From contig NMRA01000139.1 of NCBI GenBank assembly GCA_002633005.1, positions 620,001 to 684,000 on the forward strand: 64,000 nucleotides of DNA. The letters run 5' to 3'. Made by a program: the position numbers and the translations under genes. The stretch is from Phoronis australis. Taxonomy: Eukaryota; Animalia; Phoronida. Below the pieces are notes generated by a model. That model worked only from the letters and a program-made list of their open reading frames with translations. It was not told the DNA's origin and did no database searches. Positions 13,401 to 28,400 of this stretch are shown here, piece by piece. The first letter of the stretch is position 1. Each line of letters opens with the position of its first letter.

Positions 13401-16400
13401 TTATTTGATTACTTTGGCTACTAGTTGTTATTGGTTTTAATCATAGTTTCTTGCCATTTCCTTTGTACACTGTTTCGTTGCTAAACTATACCGAGTAGTC
13501 CCTCAAATGCGTTCGAAAGCGACAAGTGACAGGTTTATCAATATACCACGTTTAACATGTGTTCAAGACCTTCACCTCATGCATTACCTGTTATGCAGAA
13601 AATGTTATACTAATTTTACGATCATGAAATGGAGACACCAGTTGGTTAAAACGTGAAATAGTTCCAAGTAAATTAACCTCGGACATGAAATGGAGACACC
13701 AGTTCGTTAAAACGTGAAATAGTTCCAAGTAAATTAACCTCGGACACATAGAAACGAGCCAGAACATAAACAAGATTTCGCTAAAGGTCGAGGTCACTTG
13801 GAATATCTCGAGTTCTTTGATGCCACTCAACAGTTTTTGCTGATTTTTGACTTAAAAAAACCAGCACCTTCAACAGTCTGTTCCACAAGATCTACAAACC
13901 CAATTATTTTGTCAAAGACTTAACCTTGCACAGACCGTATTGAAAGATTTCAAAGTCAATTTCTTTCCCGTCTACCGGAAGTGCTGCCGGCTACTTGAAA
14001 GCGAGCAAGAGTACATGAAATTACCAGTTTTCACCTCAAGGCCGCAATTTACATCATTACGAACCGAGAGACAGTGCAGTCATGCTGCCAAAGCCCTCCA
14101 AATTACAGAAATCAAGCGGAAAGTGTATATCGACCAGCCTGATTTTTACAAATCCAAATATTTCCTGCTAAATTTCAACTGCCCGCTTAAATGCAGTAAT
14201 GGTTTAACGAAAGCCCGACTGAGCAAAACGTGGGTCGAGGGCCAACAGCTGGTAATCTTTCACTGAGAACAGACTCTAAAAGCATTCAGCAAAATTTTTA
14301 AACTGTCCAACCCACCCAGCAGGCGTCAATTTTCAATGAATTTGGGGCAGTTAAATTTAACCGCTTCTCAAAATAATAAGTACCACCTTTTGTATCCTCA
14401 CATTTCCCCTCAGAGGAGAACGTTATCTCCGCATGGGCGAACTTCAGTCTTACGGCCAATCATTCTCTAGCATGAAATCACTAGACTTGAACAACTGAAG
14501 CCCGCATATGCCAAAGTAACGTTCACCTGCCGTGAGGAATTTGAGCCTACGGACATTCCCGAGGTGTTCCAGAGGTCAAGGTGAACAATTCTGACAGTCA
14601 ACCCATACTGCAAGCGTGGCAAGTTAGAAAGAAAATTCAGTTACAACAATAAGTCCAAACTGATCCCAGAGTGGCAATTGGGAAGGGGTGCTATCAGACT
14701 TTGAAATTTTGGTCGCCGTAGGCTCTGTGTGTGAATATTTTCTGGCAACGATTGTCTTATGTAAGTAGCATAGCATAGATGTATACCCGGAGGTTCCACA
14801 TGCACAAGTAAATCATCTCAAATCTGTCTTTAAATTGTTCATGTCAGACAGTAATGTCCTGGATTTGCCATGGCTATCATGAAGTCAGTGACAGCCACTG
14901 GCCGGTGATGGTTTGATTTTTTTATAAATGGAACAGGGTTTTACTCTGTTCCGTTTTACGCTTTCACGGGGCGCTTTATATCAGTTCCCTTTTACGTGTG
15001 CCATTCGCCTTGTTTTCTTGTTTTGAGCATGCCAAGTACCCCACCTTAATTACCTCAACACCTCTGCTAATGCCAAACATTCCGTAAGTAATGTTGTTTT
15101 CTAATTCTATTTCTGTATCTTAACTTACTTTCGACTAACACGCGCTAATACGTAATTGCCATTTTGTCTTATTAAATGTAAATAGTAATTTGAAAGTGAG
15201 TTCTCGAAACAAATGTAGGAAGACGTTATGAGCAGTCTTGTGCACAAGATCTTTTCCTAACGCTAGGGTGTCCTGGTGTTCATTCACTGAGTACTCCACA
15301 GCCTGTGTTCAGAACATACGCGTTTCAAAACCTTAAAAAAACGAAGCAACCTTTGTGATTTGGGTCACCCAGGGGCCCGTTCCAAAAAAAAAATTGACTT
15401 GAAATTTTAGATTTGTCTTTGCTAAGTCAGTTATTTTTTTGAAACGGGCCCAATGATATAATATTGCAGTCATCTCTGTTCTTATGAAATTAGAACTGAT
15501 TACGCACAGGCTTGAACAAAACTGGCATGTCCATACTGTTTAATATCCTATCCAATCAGTTGCTTGGGTTCATTTCAATTCCAAGGCACTAGCTATGGCC
15601 TGTGAATGCAGTTTTGTAAATAGTACATGATATATAGCGGTTTTCAGTAACAAGAAACTCTTGTCTCAAATTTGCTAACTTTCTTTAATGCTACCGCAAG
15701 GAATGGGAAGATTACACTCTCAAATGGGACCCGGCAAAATATGGTGGGGTGGACATATTGTATGTCCCATCTGAGAAAATATGGTTGCCGGATATAGTCT
15801 TGTACAACAAGTAAGGCCTCGTCTAGCCAGATTCTTTTGTTGTGGCATGACAGTACGCTTGTTGTAATATTTTGTTTACGACTGCAAGTTTGCGACCACG
15901 TGAGAGGATTAAAGGTGAGTTAGCAGCGTTACCAGCTACATGTTTATAGGGAAACCGAAACCATGTTAATTTCTGGGGCAGGGGGAGGGGATTCTGTGCA
16001 TTATGACACGCGTCACTTAGTATATTGGTAGCCAGTATCCGTCGGGATATCACCAGGCCTAAGCCGTTGACATCTAGCCATTGCTACAAAATTGTGGATC
16101 GTCGACTCTTATTTCTGTTATTTAACAAGGTTTTGCTCAATAGAATTTGCAATTGAACATGGTACTGGAACCGGCAGAGAAATCTGGTCGCGATGCAAAG
16201 TAAGTATACATGTAAACTAAAACACAACTAACCACGTATGCGTTCGGAATTTCTGCGTTCTTCCTTCTAAACACCTAACATAAGAGTTTACGATATAATC
16301 ATGAGACATTGGCACGCGGTACCAAGACGTAAGTATCGTGTAAATTCTTCAAGACGAGACCTTTTCTAACGACCCGAAACATCGGAAGGTGTCCTTTCAA

Positions 16401-19400
16401 AAAGCGTGTGGCTGTATCGCGCATGAGCAATCCCCCGCCCTGACCTACCCCTTGGAACTACAGCGCCCCGTGCAGTGCTTTCAGAAAACAATATTCAGAT
16501 TTCTATAAATGACGTGTATATACAGGAATGGTACGATCACAATTTGAAGTGGGACCCTAAAGACTACGGCAATGTGGACCTGATCTATGTCCCTTCAGAG
16601 AAACTTTGGCTCCCGGATGTAGTGCTGTATAATAAGTAAGTCCGTGTGTTGGTTCTAAGGACGCGACTGTTTCCAGTTTTAAACAAACGGCATTTCTGGT
16701 CTGCCGTAGGTGTTGAAAGTGGTATATCATTTAACGTCACTTTCATTTGCTACTTGTAGTGCAGATGGATATAAATTGGCACACGTAAGCGGTTGGTGCA
16801 CACAACAGACGTGTGACGACAACATGTATTATCCGTTGTTGACATGCAAAGCCTGTGGTCACTGCTCTGTGCATGACATGTTAAAAAGCTTTCTATGTAT
16901 GACAACTAAGCCAACTTCTTAGAAAACTTGTGAATGTTTAGAATAACTATTTTACCAAATTTTGTAATGGTAGGTGCATTTATTTTTCCCGAAGAGAGAG
17001 TAACAATTACGAACTCATCTTGCATCTCTAGAACCGCCATCTTCATCTGGATGGAGGTGTTTACTAACTTCCAATTCAGTTGTTTTCAGGTTCCTTCATT
17101 TCAGTCTCGTTGATTACACCTGCTTGTTACGTGGTACGGGATTGCCTCGTGATCATCGAGAAAGCAAATGGAGATACAAAGAGCAAACTCTCATTCAAGC
17201 TTGCAAAACATCCAGACAGCAGCGCCTTGCGCAAAAGCTAAAACTACACTCGCTTCCATGGCAAAATTGCAGCACTGATTTACGCGGCTCAGATAATTAG
17301 GCAAAACTCAACATTCGGCAATTTATTGCTTCTAAGCCCAGTGCATTCAAGTACATGTCGTAATCGAATTCATCAGAATATAACCCGCCTAAATTTAACA
17401 TCATTTGTCTGCCCTCTCCATTGTGAAAAGTATTATTTTTTTACCCGTCAGCCCAAGAAAGAACACATTGTGTACTTTTGAAAATTTTCATCAGACGTGA
17501 GTTTCGGGAACCCAGATCTGGAAAACTATCGTGTCTCTTGGCTATGTTCTGATGTAATTTAGTGTTCTCGTCGTATTTAACTAGAACTGATTCAAGCTAC
17601 TCTCGTTCTTTCTTTGTGGAATGGCAATAGTTGAGGTAGACCGCGTAGAAAATATTTACGTCGTTGATCATAGACTTTCTAATCTGTTGTCAGAAATGTA
17701 AATGAGTTTTCAAATTTTTGTTACTAGATGCCGATAAAAGTATTTTGCAAAATCTGCTTTTGATAGCCAAAACTAAAGTTGAACCATTTTTCAAATTTAT
17801 ACAACAACCTGCTTTCGTATTTAGTTGACCGGCTCTATGGCATGACCATCATATTTTGCCATTGCGGCTTTCAAATTGCGCTAATGAACTGTTTTACATT
17901 GGATGTAGTTCGAGTTAGCATCAAAGCATTCGTGCAACATGTAATTTGTTGTATTTCAGCCGTTCGCAAGGGGATGTTCCCATTTCTCTTTGTCTGTCCA
18001 CTGCTTTACAAAGCATGCGCGCGAGCTTCTACAGGCATTCGTCTTCTAATGTTTGCAGCAAAATGTGTTGAATAGACAACTTATACCTATAGAATTGATG
18101 TATATGTATAGCTCTCACTAATGCACATCTAGTCAGACTTCTATTTTTGCACAAGTGTCTAGTAAATTTAGCCATGTTGTACATGTGATTGATGTATGAT
18201 TTTACTATAGTTGCTATGTTTTTTGACTGATAGCAGAAACGTTGTGGTAGAATTCCCATTGCATAGATTTGAGGTAAAGTTAACATGTAGGAGTTTCACT
18301 TTAAGAAAAGAGAAATTCCCTCTTTGAGCTCATGGTGTTGCCCTGCCATTTGAGTGTAACACAGTGTAGTTTGGCTGCAGCCCGTTGGTCCGACAGGCCG
18401 CGTAATCGGTAATTTTACGTTTCGGAAAGTTTAACACATTTGCGCTGAACCTGATTGGTAGTGAAGGTCGAATAGCTGTTGCATTTGTAGCTATTCTGTT
18501 TGATTTCGGAGAAGTAACGTGGACTGAACAAGGAATCAGCTCATTACCATTACTAAAGCCAGAAGGACCAGCGAGCTAGCTGAACCTCACATGCTTTATT
18601 CAAATTTTTAACAATACATGTAGTTAGTGAATTCGATAAATTTAAACCAGTATGTTTCTTCGAATTTCCCGCTCAAAACCATTTCCGCGTGAGTCGGATT
18701 TCCGATTTTATCGAAGGGATATTTCTGTCAGACTTCCGGGCTGTAACCTAAGAGAGCCGATGCGATATGCTTGAAAAAGCATGCTGTCTGTTTGAATGCG
18801 CACAATAAATTTTTCAGTGCGGACGGAAATTACGTGATCTCACTTATGACCAAAGCGACACTTACACCAGATGGAAAAGTCGTATGGGAACCGCCCGCCA
18901 TTTACAAATCTTCATGTACGATTAACGTTGAGTTCTTCCCGTTCGACGAGCAGACTTGTGATATGAAATTCGGAACGTGGACTTACGACGGCTCTCAAGT
19001 CGACCTCAAACATAAAGATCGGCCCAATGCGACGGGACCAGTGAATATTACTCATGGTATTGACATGTCAAGCTATTATGTCTCAGTAGAATGGGACGTT
19101 CTTGACGTTCCTGCGAGAAGAAATGTGAAAACGTATCCCTGCTGTCCAGATCAGCCCTATCCGGACGTGACATTCAAAGTGACCATGCGCAGAAAGACAC
19201 TTTTCTACACGGTCAATTTGATTATTCCCTGCGTGGCTATATCTTTCCTCACTGTCCTTGTATTTTATCTCCCATCCGACAGCTGTGAGAAGATTACTCT
19301 CTGTATCTCCATCTTGCTTTCTCTCACTGTGTTTTTCCTCCTGCTAGCCGACCTAATACCTCCTACTTCGCTCGTGGTGCCGCTTGTAGGCAAGTATCTA

Positions 19401-22400
19401 CTCTTCACCATGATTCTAGTTACGCTTTCCATTATAATCACCGTAATCGTCCTGAACGTGCATTACCGTTCTCCGGCGACGCACGTGATGTCGCCATGGG
19501 TGCGAAAAGTGTTCCTACACATACTTCCTAGGCTGCTCCTAATGAGACGGCCTTCATTGGACAAGGACAAATATGCTACCAATCGTCATAGCTCGTGCAA
19601 TGGAGTCGATTCGCACAAACCTAACCAAGAAATTAGTCGAGATACTACCTTCGACAACATGCAGGCACGTCGAGGTTATTTGCCAAGCGGAGGACATCAC
19701 GAGACGGAAAGGCTGCTTCGGGAAACTGACCCGGGTTTCCAGAGAGCTTTCTCACCGGAAGTGTACAGAGCCATGGAGAATGTGCGATTCATCGCAGAAC
19801 ACCTGAAGAACGACTACAAGGAACTGAATGTAACTATATGTTGACATTTTTTTTAGTTTTGGTAGACGTCTGTGACTAGCAACTTCCAGAATTTAAAGAC
19901 AATGTTTTTAGGATGTGTGTTAACTCAATTTCAGGAATGTTTTGCCGTAGATACATATGACATTTACCACTTACCAATATAAACTTACTTCCACTTTTCG
20001 TAAACTTGAGTTTCTGCTATTTGTATAAATTAAGGTGAACACCACAGCACGCCAGCAAAATGTGTAATGTTTGGTGATTTGAGAACGAGGGTTATTAAGT
20101 CTCCTTTTATTTTTACTGCGTAACTCTTGTTATGCTTTAGATTTAGCCGGTGTTGATTTTTCATTTTCACATCCAACAACGCTTGGTTATATTACGAGTA
20201 AATCAACAAATGTGTGTGGTCAATATGCCAACGCTTTAGTTGTCTAATTTAATGCTTTTCTATCCGCTTTTTGTAGGAGATTGAAGACTGGAAATATGTT
20301 GCTATGGTGATTGATCGATTGTTTTTGTGGATATTCACCACTGCTTGCGCGGTTGGAACATTTGGCATCATTCTGCAAGCACCGACGCTCTACGACGATC
20401 GTAAGGCCATAGGAGAGAACGGGAAGATTGTTGACTTTACGTAGTTCACTTTGAAATAAATCTTAAAAACTAATGGGATATAGCTTGCGACTGGTCGGAG
20501 AATGATATACATTGCGACTGGTTGGAGAATGATATACCTTGCGACTGGTCGGAGAATGATATACCTTACGATTGGTCGATGAATAAAACATTAGAATTCC
20601 TGAAATAATGTAGTGACATTCGGGTATACTAAACACATGTGTTGTCGTTTAAAGAGACGAGGCTGAATACGAGATGAAAAACTAGGGAATGTGTAAACAC
20701 TAGACTTAAATTATTCGACTGAATAGGTCGAGAATGGCTATTTACGGTCACGGAGAAAATTGTAGAAATTGTAGCAGTGTCGCTTCTTGATTAATAAAGA
20801 TGAACATACTTCAGGTTTTTGTGTTCTACAGTATCCCTCGAGCCTAAGAAGCCGTCATTGATTGGAAAGAAACGCACACACATTCGCAGTTTATAACATT
20901 TCGATACATGAATTGCAAACGCCAGTTTAATTAAACGCGCTAATAGGGTAACAGTGTTGATATATTTCCTTTGTTCAACAATAATTTGTGGAGATTGACT
21001 TCGATTTCTCTGTGTTCCGGATACCGCGGTTTCGTATATGGTCCATTATATTTTCTGTTGTTCGATTAGAACTAACATACAAGAAATAAAGCGACACACC
21101 CCCGGAAATATTACGGCAAAGGCGATGCGCAGCGTTGTCGGGAAATTCTCTCGTTTAGGTTTTCAGGCAACACTGGCTGCTGGTCATGATATGCCTCTCA
21201 AGTTGAACAATATTTCCTACTGTATTTGTGTATTTGCGAAGCTGACAACTTCTGTACCAGCTAGCTACTGGATGTATATAACCACTGTAGATATCCAATG
21301 TAGACATCCACAGCAGATATCCGCCCAATGAGGAATACCCCCCCAGAGGTAGACACTGACTGTCGCAACTATTAATTGTAAATAGTTATAAACGTCTGGT
21401 AGCGATATTTTTGGCCCTCAATTCTAGTAAGTAGGTACTTAATTGTTGTTTGTTGACTGTAACTAACGTATTTATTGTAATATCTACACTTTGTGTTCAC
21501 TAATTTCATAGCTTTATAGATTTTTGCTTGAATAAAACAATATGTATCGGAATGTGTTGAAACCTAATCTTAGTTGAGCAGCATTAGTGTGAGTGGAGTT
21601 CGTACAATTTAACTTCCGGTGATATGATTTTTATTGATTAGATTTTAAGCTTTTTAGGTTAGAGTACATAAATGCATAGTTGTTGGTTTAAAATTAGACC
21701 ATTTAGAAGAACAGCTTTACGTATACTGTAGTAAATGTCTATGTGTAATCAACCTTGTCATGTTAACTGTGTTAGAAAAAGTGCAAAGCAGGTCTACGTA
21801 GTTCTTCACCAGACTGCTATGGAATTGAATACGAGTTTCCGTTCTGGCAACAACAAGCCTTCAACCTCATGAATTAGTTGTTATGCCGTTACGTCGATTT
21901 TTCAGCGCAGACGGCAATTACGTGGTAACCTTAATGACGAAAGCAACCCTGCACCCGGATGGCAAGGTCGTCTGGGAGCCACCAGCCATTTACAAGTCCT
22001 CGTGCACAATAAACGTAGAATTCTTTCCGTTCGATGAGCAGGAATGCGATATGATGTTTGGCGTTTGGTCGTACGATGGCACTCAAGTCGCTCTAAAACA
22101 CGTCGACTATCCTGATGAGGTCGGGGAAATAAGCATTGAAAAGGGAATTGACATGAGCAAATACTACTATTCTGTAGAGTGGGACGTACTGGATGTTCCC
22201 GCGCAAATCAACATTAAGAAATACCCTTGTTGCGAAGAACCTTTCCCAGACGTTACCTTCAAGCTGACTATTCGTCGCAAAACCCTTTTCTACACTGTCA
22301 ATTTAATCATCCCGTGCGTGGCCATATCATTTCTGACCGTTCTTGTGTTTTACCTTCCATCTGACAGTGGAGAGAAAATCACTCTATGTATTTCCATCTT

Positions 22401-25400
22401 GCTCTCGCTTACCGTCTTTTTCCTGCTCCTTGCCGACCTTATTCCGCCCACTTCGCTCGTTGTTCCTCTCATCGGCAAGTACTTGTTGTTCACAATGATC
22501 CTGGTCACATTGTCAATTCTAGTGACTGTTGTTGTTTTGAACGTGCATAACCGGAAACCAGACAATCACAAGATGTCACCATGGGTGCGCAAAGTTTTTT
22601 TATGCATTCTGCCAAAAGTGCTTCTTATGCGAAAACCTACCTCAGACAAGTACAAAAAGTTGCACGAGAAGTTCCCATCATGCAATGGAATCAACATCAG
22701 AGACCCCTATCGAAGGGTCGGAAGACGACTCAGCCAGCACGACCTTTCGTTCGAAGCTTTTGAGAACAACGGTTACAAACCAATTGGACATTACCCAGAG
22801 AGTGTCTTGATCCCGGAAGAAGAAATGGAACTGCTGACGCGCGTTATGGGACCAGATGTCTTGAAGGCTATGGACAGTGTCAAATTCATCGCCCAGCACC
22901 TTAGACGAGACGACGAGGAAGAACACGTAATTAAATTTAAAAACATATTTCATCTTAAAGTAACAGGAGTCTCAGTGCAGGCTTTCGGGTAATTGTACAG
23001 CCATGTTCAACGTTCACGTAAACTGTAAGGACAAAATCGAAATTTGCGAAAATTTCAACGAAAAAAACAAAAACACGTTTCAAGTTTCACTAAATGTCGA
23101 CAAAATCTCATCAATTGCTGCTCTATGCTCTCGAAATCGCGGCAACTTTCCTTGCAGCTGTGCATATGTATATTGGCGACTTGGCGAAATCACATCACAT
23201 TAAATTCACCCTAAAATTAGTAAATGCTATGTTTTTTTCGACGAATGTTCAACTGCAGCATGTGAATTGCCATATAATTTTGCCATGATATTCGTCCATG
23301 CTTGATGGAGGCCGACGGAGTTCTGTGAAAGTCTGTAATGTTTATTTTGAAAACCAATGTACTCCGCTTTCGAATAAGATTCAACCCATCTTCCTCGGAC
23401 TGGTTACAAAAATGCATTGGTTAGTGACGTTCTTGCACCTATTGAAAACAACAATCCGACAATATATTAAACACGACTTTGTCAATGGAAGCAAGTTTCG
23501 AATTTTGTACTTGAAAGGATTTATTTTTATTGTCAGTCATCCGTTGAAAACGTACTTCCGGTTATTTTTTCAACATATACATGTACCTGTAAATACAGTT
23601 GTCGCATGGACAATTTATGGGAGCTACAGAGCAGACAGGTTGATCGTCCATAGAGCCTGTTTCGTCGATGGGGGACCTTAATGAGTACATAGCGTACACG
23701 TATCTTCAAACCTCCATATTTGACTACTTGCATCCGAATGGTGCTTTCGGTTTTAAAAATCGATAAAACGTTGATGTAAACACGAGTTACTGCTACAGTA
23801 TTCTCGTTACATTCCAGGAAATGAAAGATTGGCAATACGTTGCCATGGTGATTGACAGGTTGTTCCTATGGATTTTCACAACCGCTTGCTTCGTCGGCAC
23901 ATTTGGTATAATTCTTCAAGCCCCGGCACTGTACGATGTTCGCAAGGCTATTGGGGGTATTGGCGAAGATGTTTTGGAACACTAAACAATAGATTACGAA
24001 CATAGTTACTTATGGCAAAAACATATATTACTTGAATAAGAAGATGGACAGCCGTTAAACAGCCTCGTCGGTTTAGCTCAAATGGAGAAACCGGAAGAGA
24101 CTGAGTGGCTAAATTGATTTTTTAAAGTTTGATGTCTTCGTCTTGGTCTAACGAACGCTGCGTGGATTTTAAAACAAAGAGTAAACCCAGATTTTCTGTT
24201 TAGTCTCGTCAGAAAACAGCCTGCTCTGCGTCCCCCGTACATTAACTTCTGAACTACACTTTTATGAAGGAGAATTAGCGAAGAAAAGGAAAAATGAAGT
24301 TAACATGCTGAAATAGACCCACGTGTTTTCATGCAAATCAGTGCTGCTATTACCGAATTTTAACCATTTTGCAACTTCCAACTTTCTATTTTCCATAAAT
24401 TAACGCATTGACTCTATAATCTTTTTTTACCAGTCAAGGATCACGATGGAAATGTTTTCTAAATAAATGGTCGTATCTATTGTGTTCTATACTTCATACT
24501 AGCATTGATTCTTCGCCAAAATACTAATACATGAAAGGTTGAATTTTTATTTATCCTTTTAATGAGCAAAACAACAAATGTCTAAAATGTCCTTAAAAGC
24601 AATAACTGACAACAGTTACGTCGCAATCACTTATCGTGATTTTGGCTCCGCTGAAGTTGCATTGTCCCTTGTTTACCTTAGTTGCTAAGAACAAAAGTTT
24701 GAATTGGGTCGTTTACTCTCATAAAATTGATCTCAAAATATATCAAGCAATGCGTACATGCGCCATTTTCGAAATAGCAAATTTATGGTTGCCAATCCAA
24801 GAACTCTAATGAAGATTGATTGATTTTCTTGTTGGTTGCCAATCCAAGAGCTCTGATGATGATGATCGATTTTCTAGTTGGTAATGGACATAGCGTCCTA
24901 TCACGTAATAATACGAGACCAAATTTATGAAAGTGATAGGCCTAATTCGGTTTTTGTTTTCAGCCAGATAAATAGGGCAATTCGTCACTTTCCGCGAAAG
25001 TTTCATCTGAAAAAAATCGTTTTTCTTCTTTGGCCTCTTCACAAATATCGGCTAGGATAAGACCACGTGACCTCACTGGTTCCAGCAGCCGTTCATCATT
25101 TTACACTTCTTGGTGACAGGGTTTTTGATTTTAGAGTATTGGCTTCCGTTCACATCACGTGATCCGTCTTAGAAGAATAAGAGGTAGTGTGTAATCTAAT
25201 ATACAATAGAAACAAGGTACTGCTTTGAAAAGTGCTTTGACGTAATGTTTGACCCTCGAACCAGGTGTAGAGATCAACTATATTTAATTACATGAAATTG
25301 TTTGTGAGATATTGCAAAACAGCGACAATTCTGTAATGGCAGCATTGACTTGCATAATACCAAATGTGGGACATTTTTTCGCAATGTTAACATCATTTTG

Positions 25401-28400
25401 TCATTTCCCTACCTAATTTCCTTCACAAAATACAATTAAGAATTTAATGGCCGGAGTGCACCACGGGCCATATTCCGACATAACTGAGATCCTAAATTAT
25501 ATTTGCGAAAGCAACACTTCAGTGGCAGTCCTGTATTGCGCTTTGGCAACTGATCTTAACATTTATTGGGGCTTACAGAGCATGTACATAATAACTTATT
25601 TTGTAAGGCGTTTTATTTGAAATTGTAGAAAAAGTATATTTCCATCACTGCATATAGTTATATAAATATTTATTATTATAACGGATGTGTATTTATAATT
25701 ATTGCACATTAACATAGGTGTTTATATTTTACTGATATTATTAAGCCATGGCGGTCGTTTTGCGTTTAGAATACATTAATCGAAACACATAATACATGGA
25801 AATGTACGTGACATGTTCATTTGGAATAAAGTTAGCTCGTAACCTGTCGTGGTTCTTTATAAGATATGGTATCTACCATAGTTGCAACTGCAATTGTAAC
25901 ATTTCTTACTTTTGAGAGACTGGCACACTCGACTTCGAATGAAATAAAGGTTACATGAGGTTAGTTAAAGGCTGTCCTATTAAATGTCAGATAATGTTAT
26001 AGCTGAGAATGATATGACCAATTATGTGGAAAATTGGGACGACGACTACAGTAATTTGATTTGTGAGTACATCATAAAGTGTTAGGCTTATGAAGTGCTG
26101 TAGGTTCAATGGAGTAGCTGGTGTTTTTTTTTTTACTTCTCTCCCTTTAGCGATGGCTACTGTACTGCACGTTTATTTCGTGAAATTCAAGATGATGCAA
26201 AGTCACGTGCCTGTGTTATCAATGTCATCGTTAACTGGCGTTTCAGTCGAAGAACCTCGAGTATTTTCATTGACTCGAATTATCCTTCGAAGGTAATTCA
26301 TTCTGCGCATGTGCGAATGTCAGCAAAGGAATTTGGTCACGGTACGGTCTTGCTTCGGCATAACAGCTCTTAAAATCGTACGAGAGGTTTGTTCCTAGTG
26401 TAATTCTTTGTGTACTGTTAACTCTTGTTAAGCGTGCTATCACAAGGTTATTCGACCGCTTTTTCCAATTTGAGAGGTTGTTGACTTTCCATGAAGATTG
26501 AATTTCGCGCATGCGCAAATACGAAACTCCTCTGAGGGGATTCGGAATATCTCCAGTATTTCCAAGGCCTCAAACCTCCCCTCGGAGATGAACGTTCTGC
26601 GCATATGTGCGAATATCAGTCATATGACAGGTCATGTGATTTTCAATCTGTGCTATGATTAGCTGTGTGACTGAAGGTCACACATGCGCAGATAACATTC
26701 GTCTCTGGAAATAATATTTGTGGCTACGAAAATACCTGAGGTGTTCCGGTTGCTGAAAGCTTGAAAAAGTGTTCCGCAGACGCAAAAGTCTCGTGAAGGA
26801 AGCTAGAGTGATCATATTCTTCGCTTGTAACACATGACATTACATAACGAAATCTTTCTTGGTCTAACGGTTTCGAAAGGTTCGCGCATGTGCAGAACGT
26901 AAGCCAGAACACACCGGTGTAACGTGGCTAGACATCGGTCTCGCTTGGCCAGGAGCTATTGAGATTCTTCAGTTCTCCATTACAGTTTTGATTTGTAGGA
27001 CATATGCACAAGTTATGGTTTGCTAAGACACCATTCACGGATATACTGACACATCACTGGTATAACAGTAATACCCCATGTGCACTAATTTTCCAAACTT
27101 TAAGCAGGATTTCAGATGATATCGTGTGGGCACCTGAGACACATGGTTGTTCTTAATGAACTACAGACTCTCCTCAAAGTGCGGTCATCACATGACGTTT
27201 GCTTGTCATTGACTAAACTTTGTGATATATATCCTTTAGTCCATGATCGCGTCGAATTGTTTTGCTGTTCTTAATTTGTTTTACCGCAAAATTTACTCGC
27301 AGCACTCACAAGATGTAAATTTTTGTAGCTAACTGGTTTTCTGCAGGGTACTCTGAATAGTTATTCCGTGTTTAAACACAATACTATTTTACTATCCAAG
27401 GTTCTCGTGGACACTTTGTGCAATCTCTAAAGGTACTACGGTAGCTAATGTACTTGTTACTGTTTGCAAGCGCGCGACTTTTGCAGCCAGGTGATCCCAC
27501 ATGTATATACTGGAAGTGAGCATTTGTCGAATCGTCAGTGCGTGTTTTCAAATCTCGCTTCGCGAGACTTTCTTGCCATGGCGCCACCATAGGTGGGCGA
27601 ACACGTAAGTGTACTATGCGGGCTGTTGCATCTGCAGTTGTTGTTGGCTTGTGTGGTGTAACTGCTGGCTGGACATGTGTTCGCTTTTTATGGTCAACAA
27701 CCCGCATGTAAAACGCTTTTTGTTGTGGATGTGCAGTGATTGAATCTGTAGGCAAACTGTATCCAAATGTATGCACGGAACGCTGACATTAATGCTTGTA
27801 TCACATTTAGAATGCATTTAGTAAGTCAATGTTGTATATTCCCAGTACACTATTGCCATATTGGTTAACTTGGAACAGGAAAACGTTTACCGTCAGCTTA
27901 AAGAAATTGAATTTGTTGAAGAATTTCACATCTTCGCATGTACTTATGGAAATCATGGGAACATCACTTGTTCAGAATTCTGTGTTTATCCAACACATTG
28001 TCTCGGTTAACACTACCAAGGGATGACGCTTGAATTCAACTGTTGTGTTGTGCTCACTAACCCGTTAACGTTTGTTTGTATTGGTTGACGCTTCTCAACC
28101 CACCTTGGAAGGGTGGCATACTGTATGGGGGGNNNNNNNNNNNNNNNNNGGGGGGGAATTATGTTGAAGAAGTGTAACTTTTGATCAAGCAGTGGATGAC
28201 ATCCTATGCAGCCACAGAAAGGGAAATTCACATGCGTTGCTTTTACTTAACAATTTGAATTATTATTCTGAATCATCTCTTTTTAAGTTGATTATAGTGA
28301 ATTACGTGTAGTGTTTAAGATGGCTTTGAGGTAGATTTGGCTTACAACATACCCATCAGGCAGACGTCTGTCCGACATCTGTCCGACATCTGTCTGACAT

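Noticed and set aside
20484-20584. 27-bp repeats resembling a CRISPR array
   Set aside because: Head-to-tail with no spacers, in a eukaryotic 3' UTR: a minisatellite.
14406-26540. Long-range complementarity between 14406-14442 and 26504-26540 as a Dscam-like docking/selector pair
   Set aside because: Both are copies of a dispersed repeat family, and pairing would loop out both exon 4s, giving an out-of-frame exon 3-5c join. I saw no convincing docking/selector elements by eye; a computational RNA-RNA pairing and conservation search is still needed.
28133-28149. N-gap as a hiding place for the missing 5' exons of cassette 3
   Set aside because: It is only 17 N inside a G homopolymer, so probably a base-calling ambiguity. 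It cannot explain cassette 2, which has no gap upstream. Kept as a caveat.
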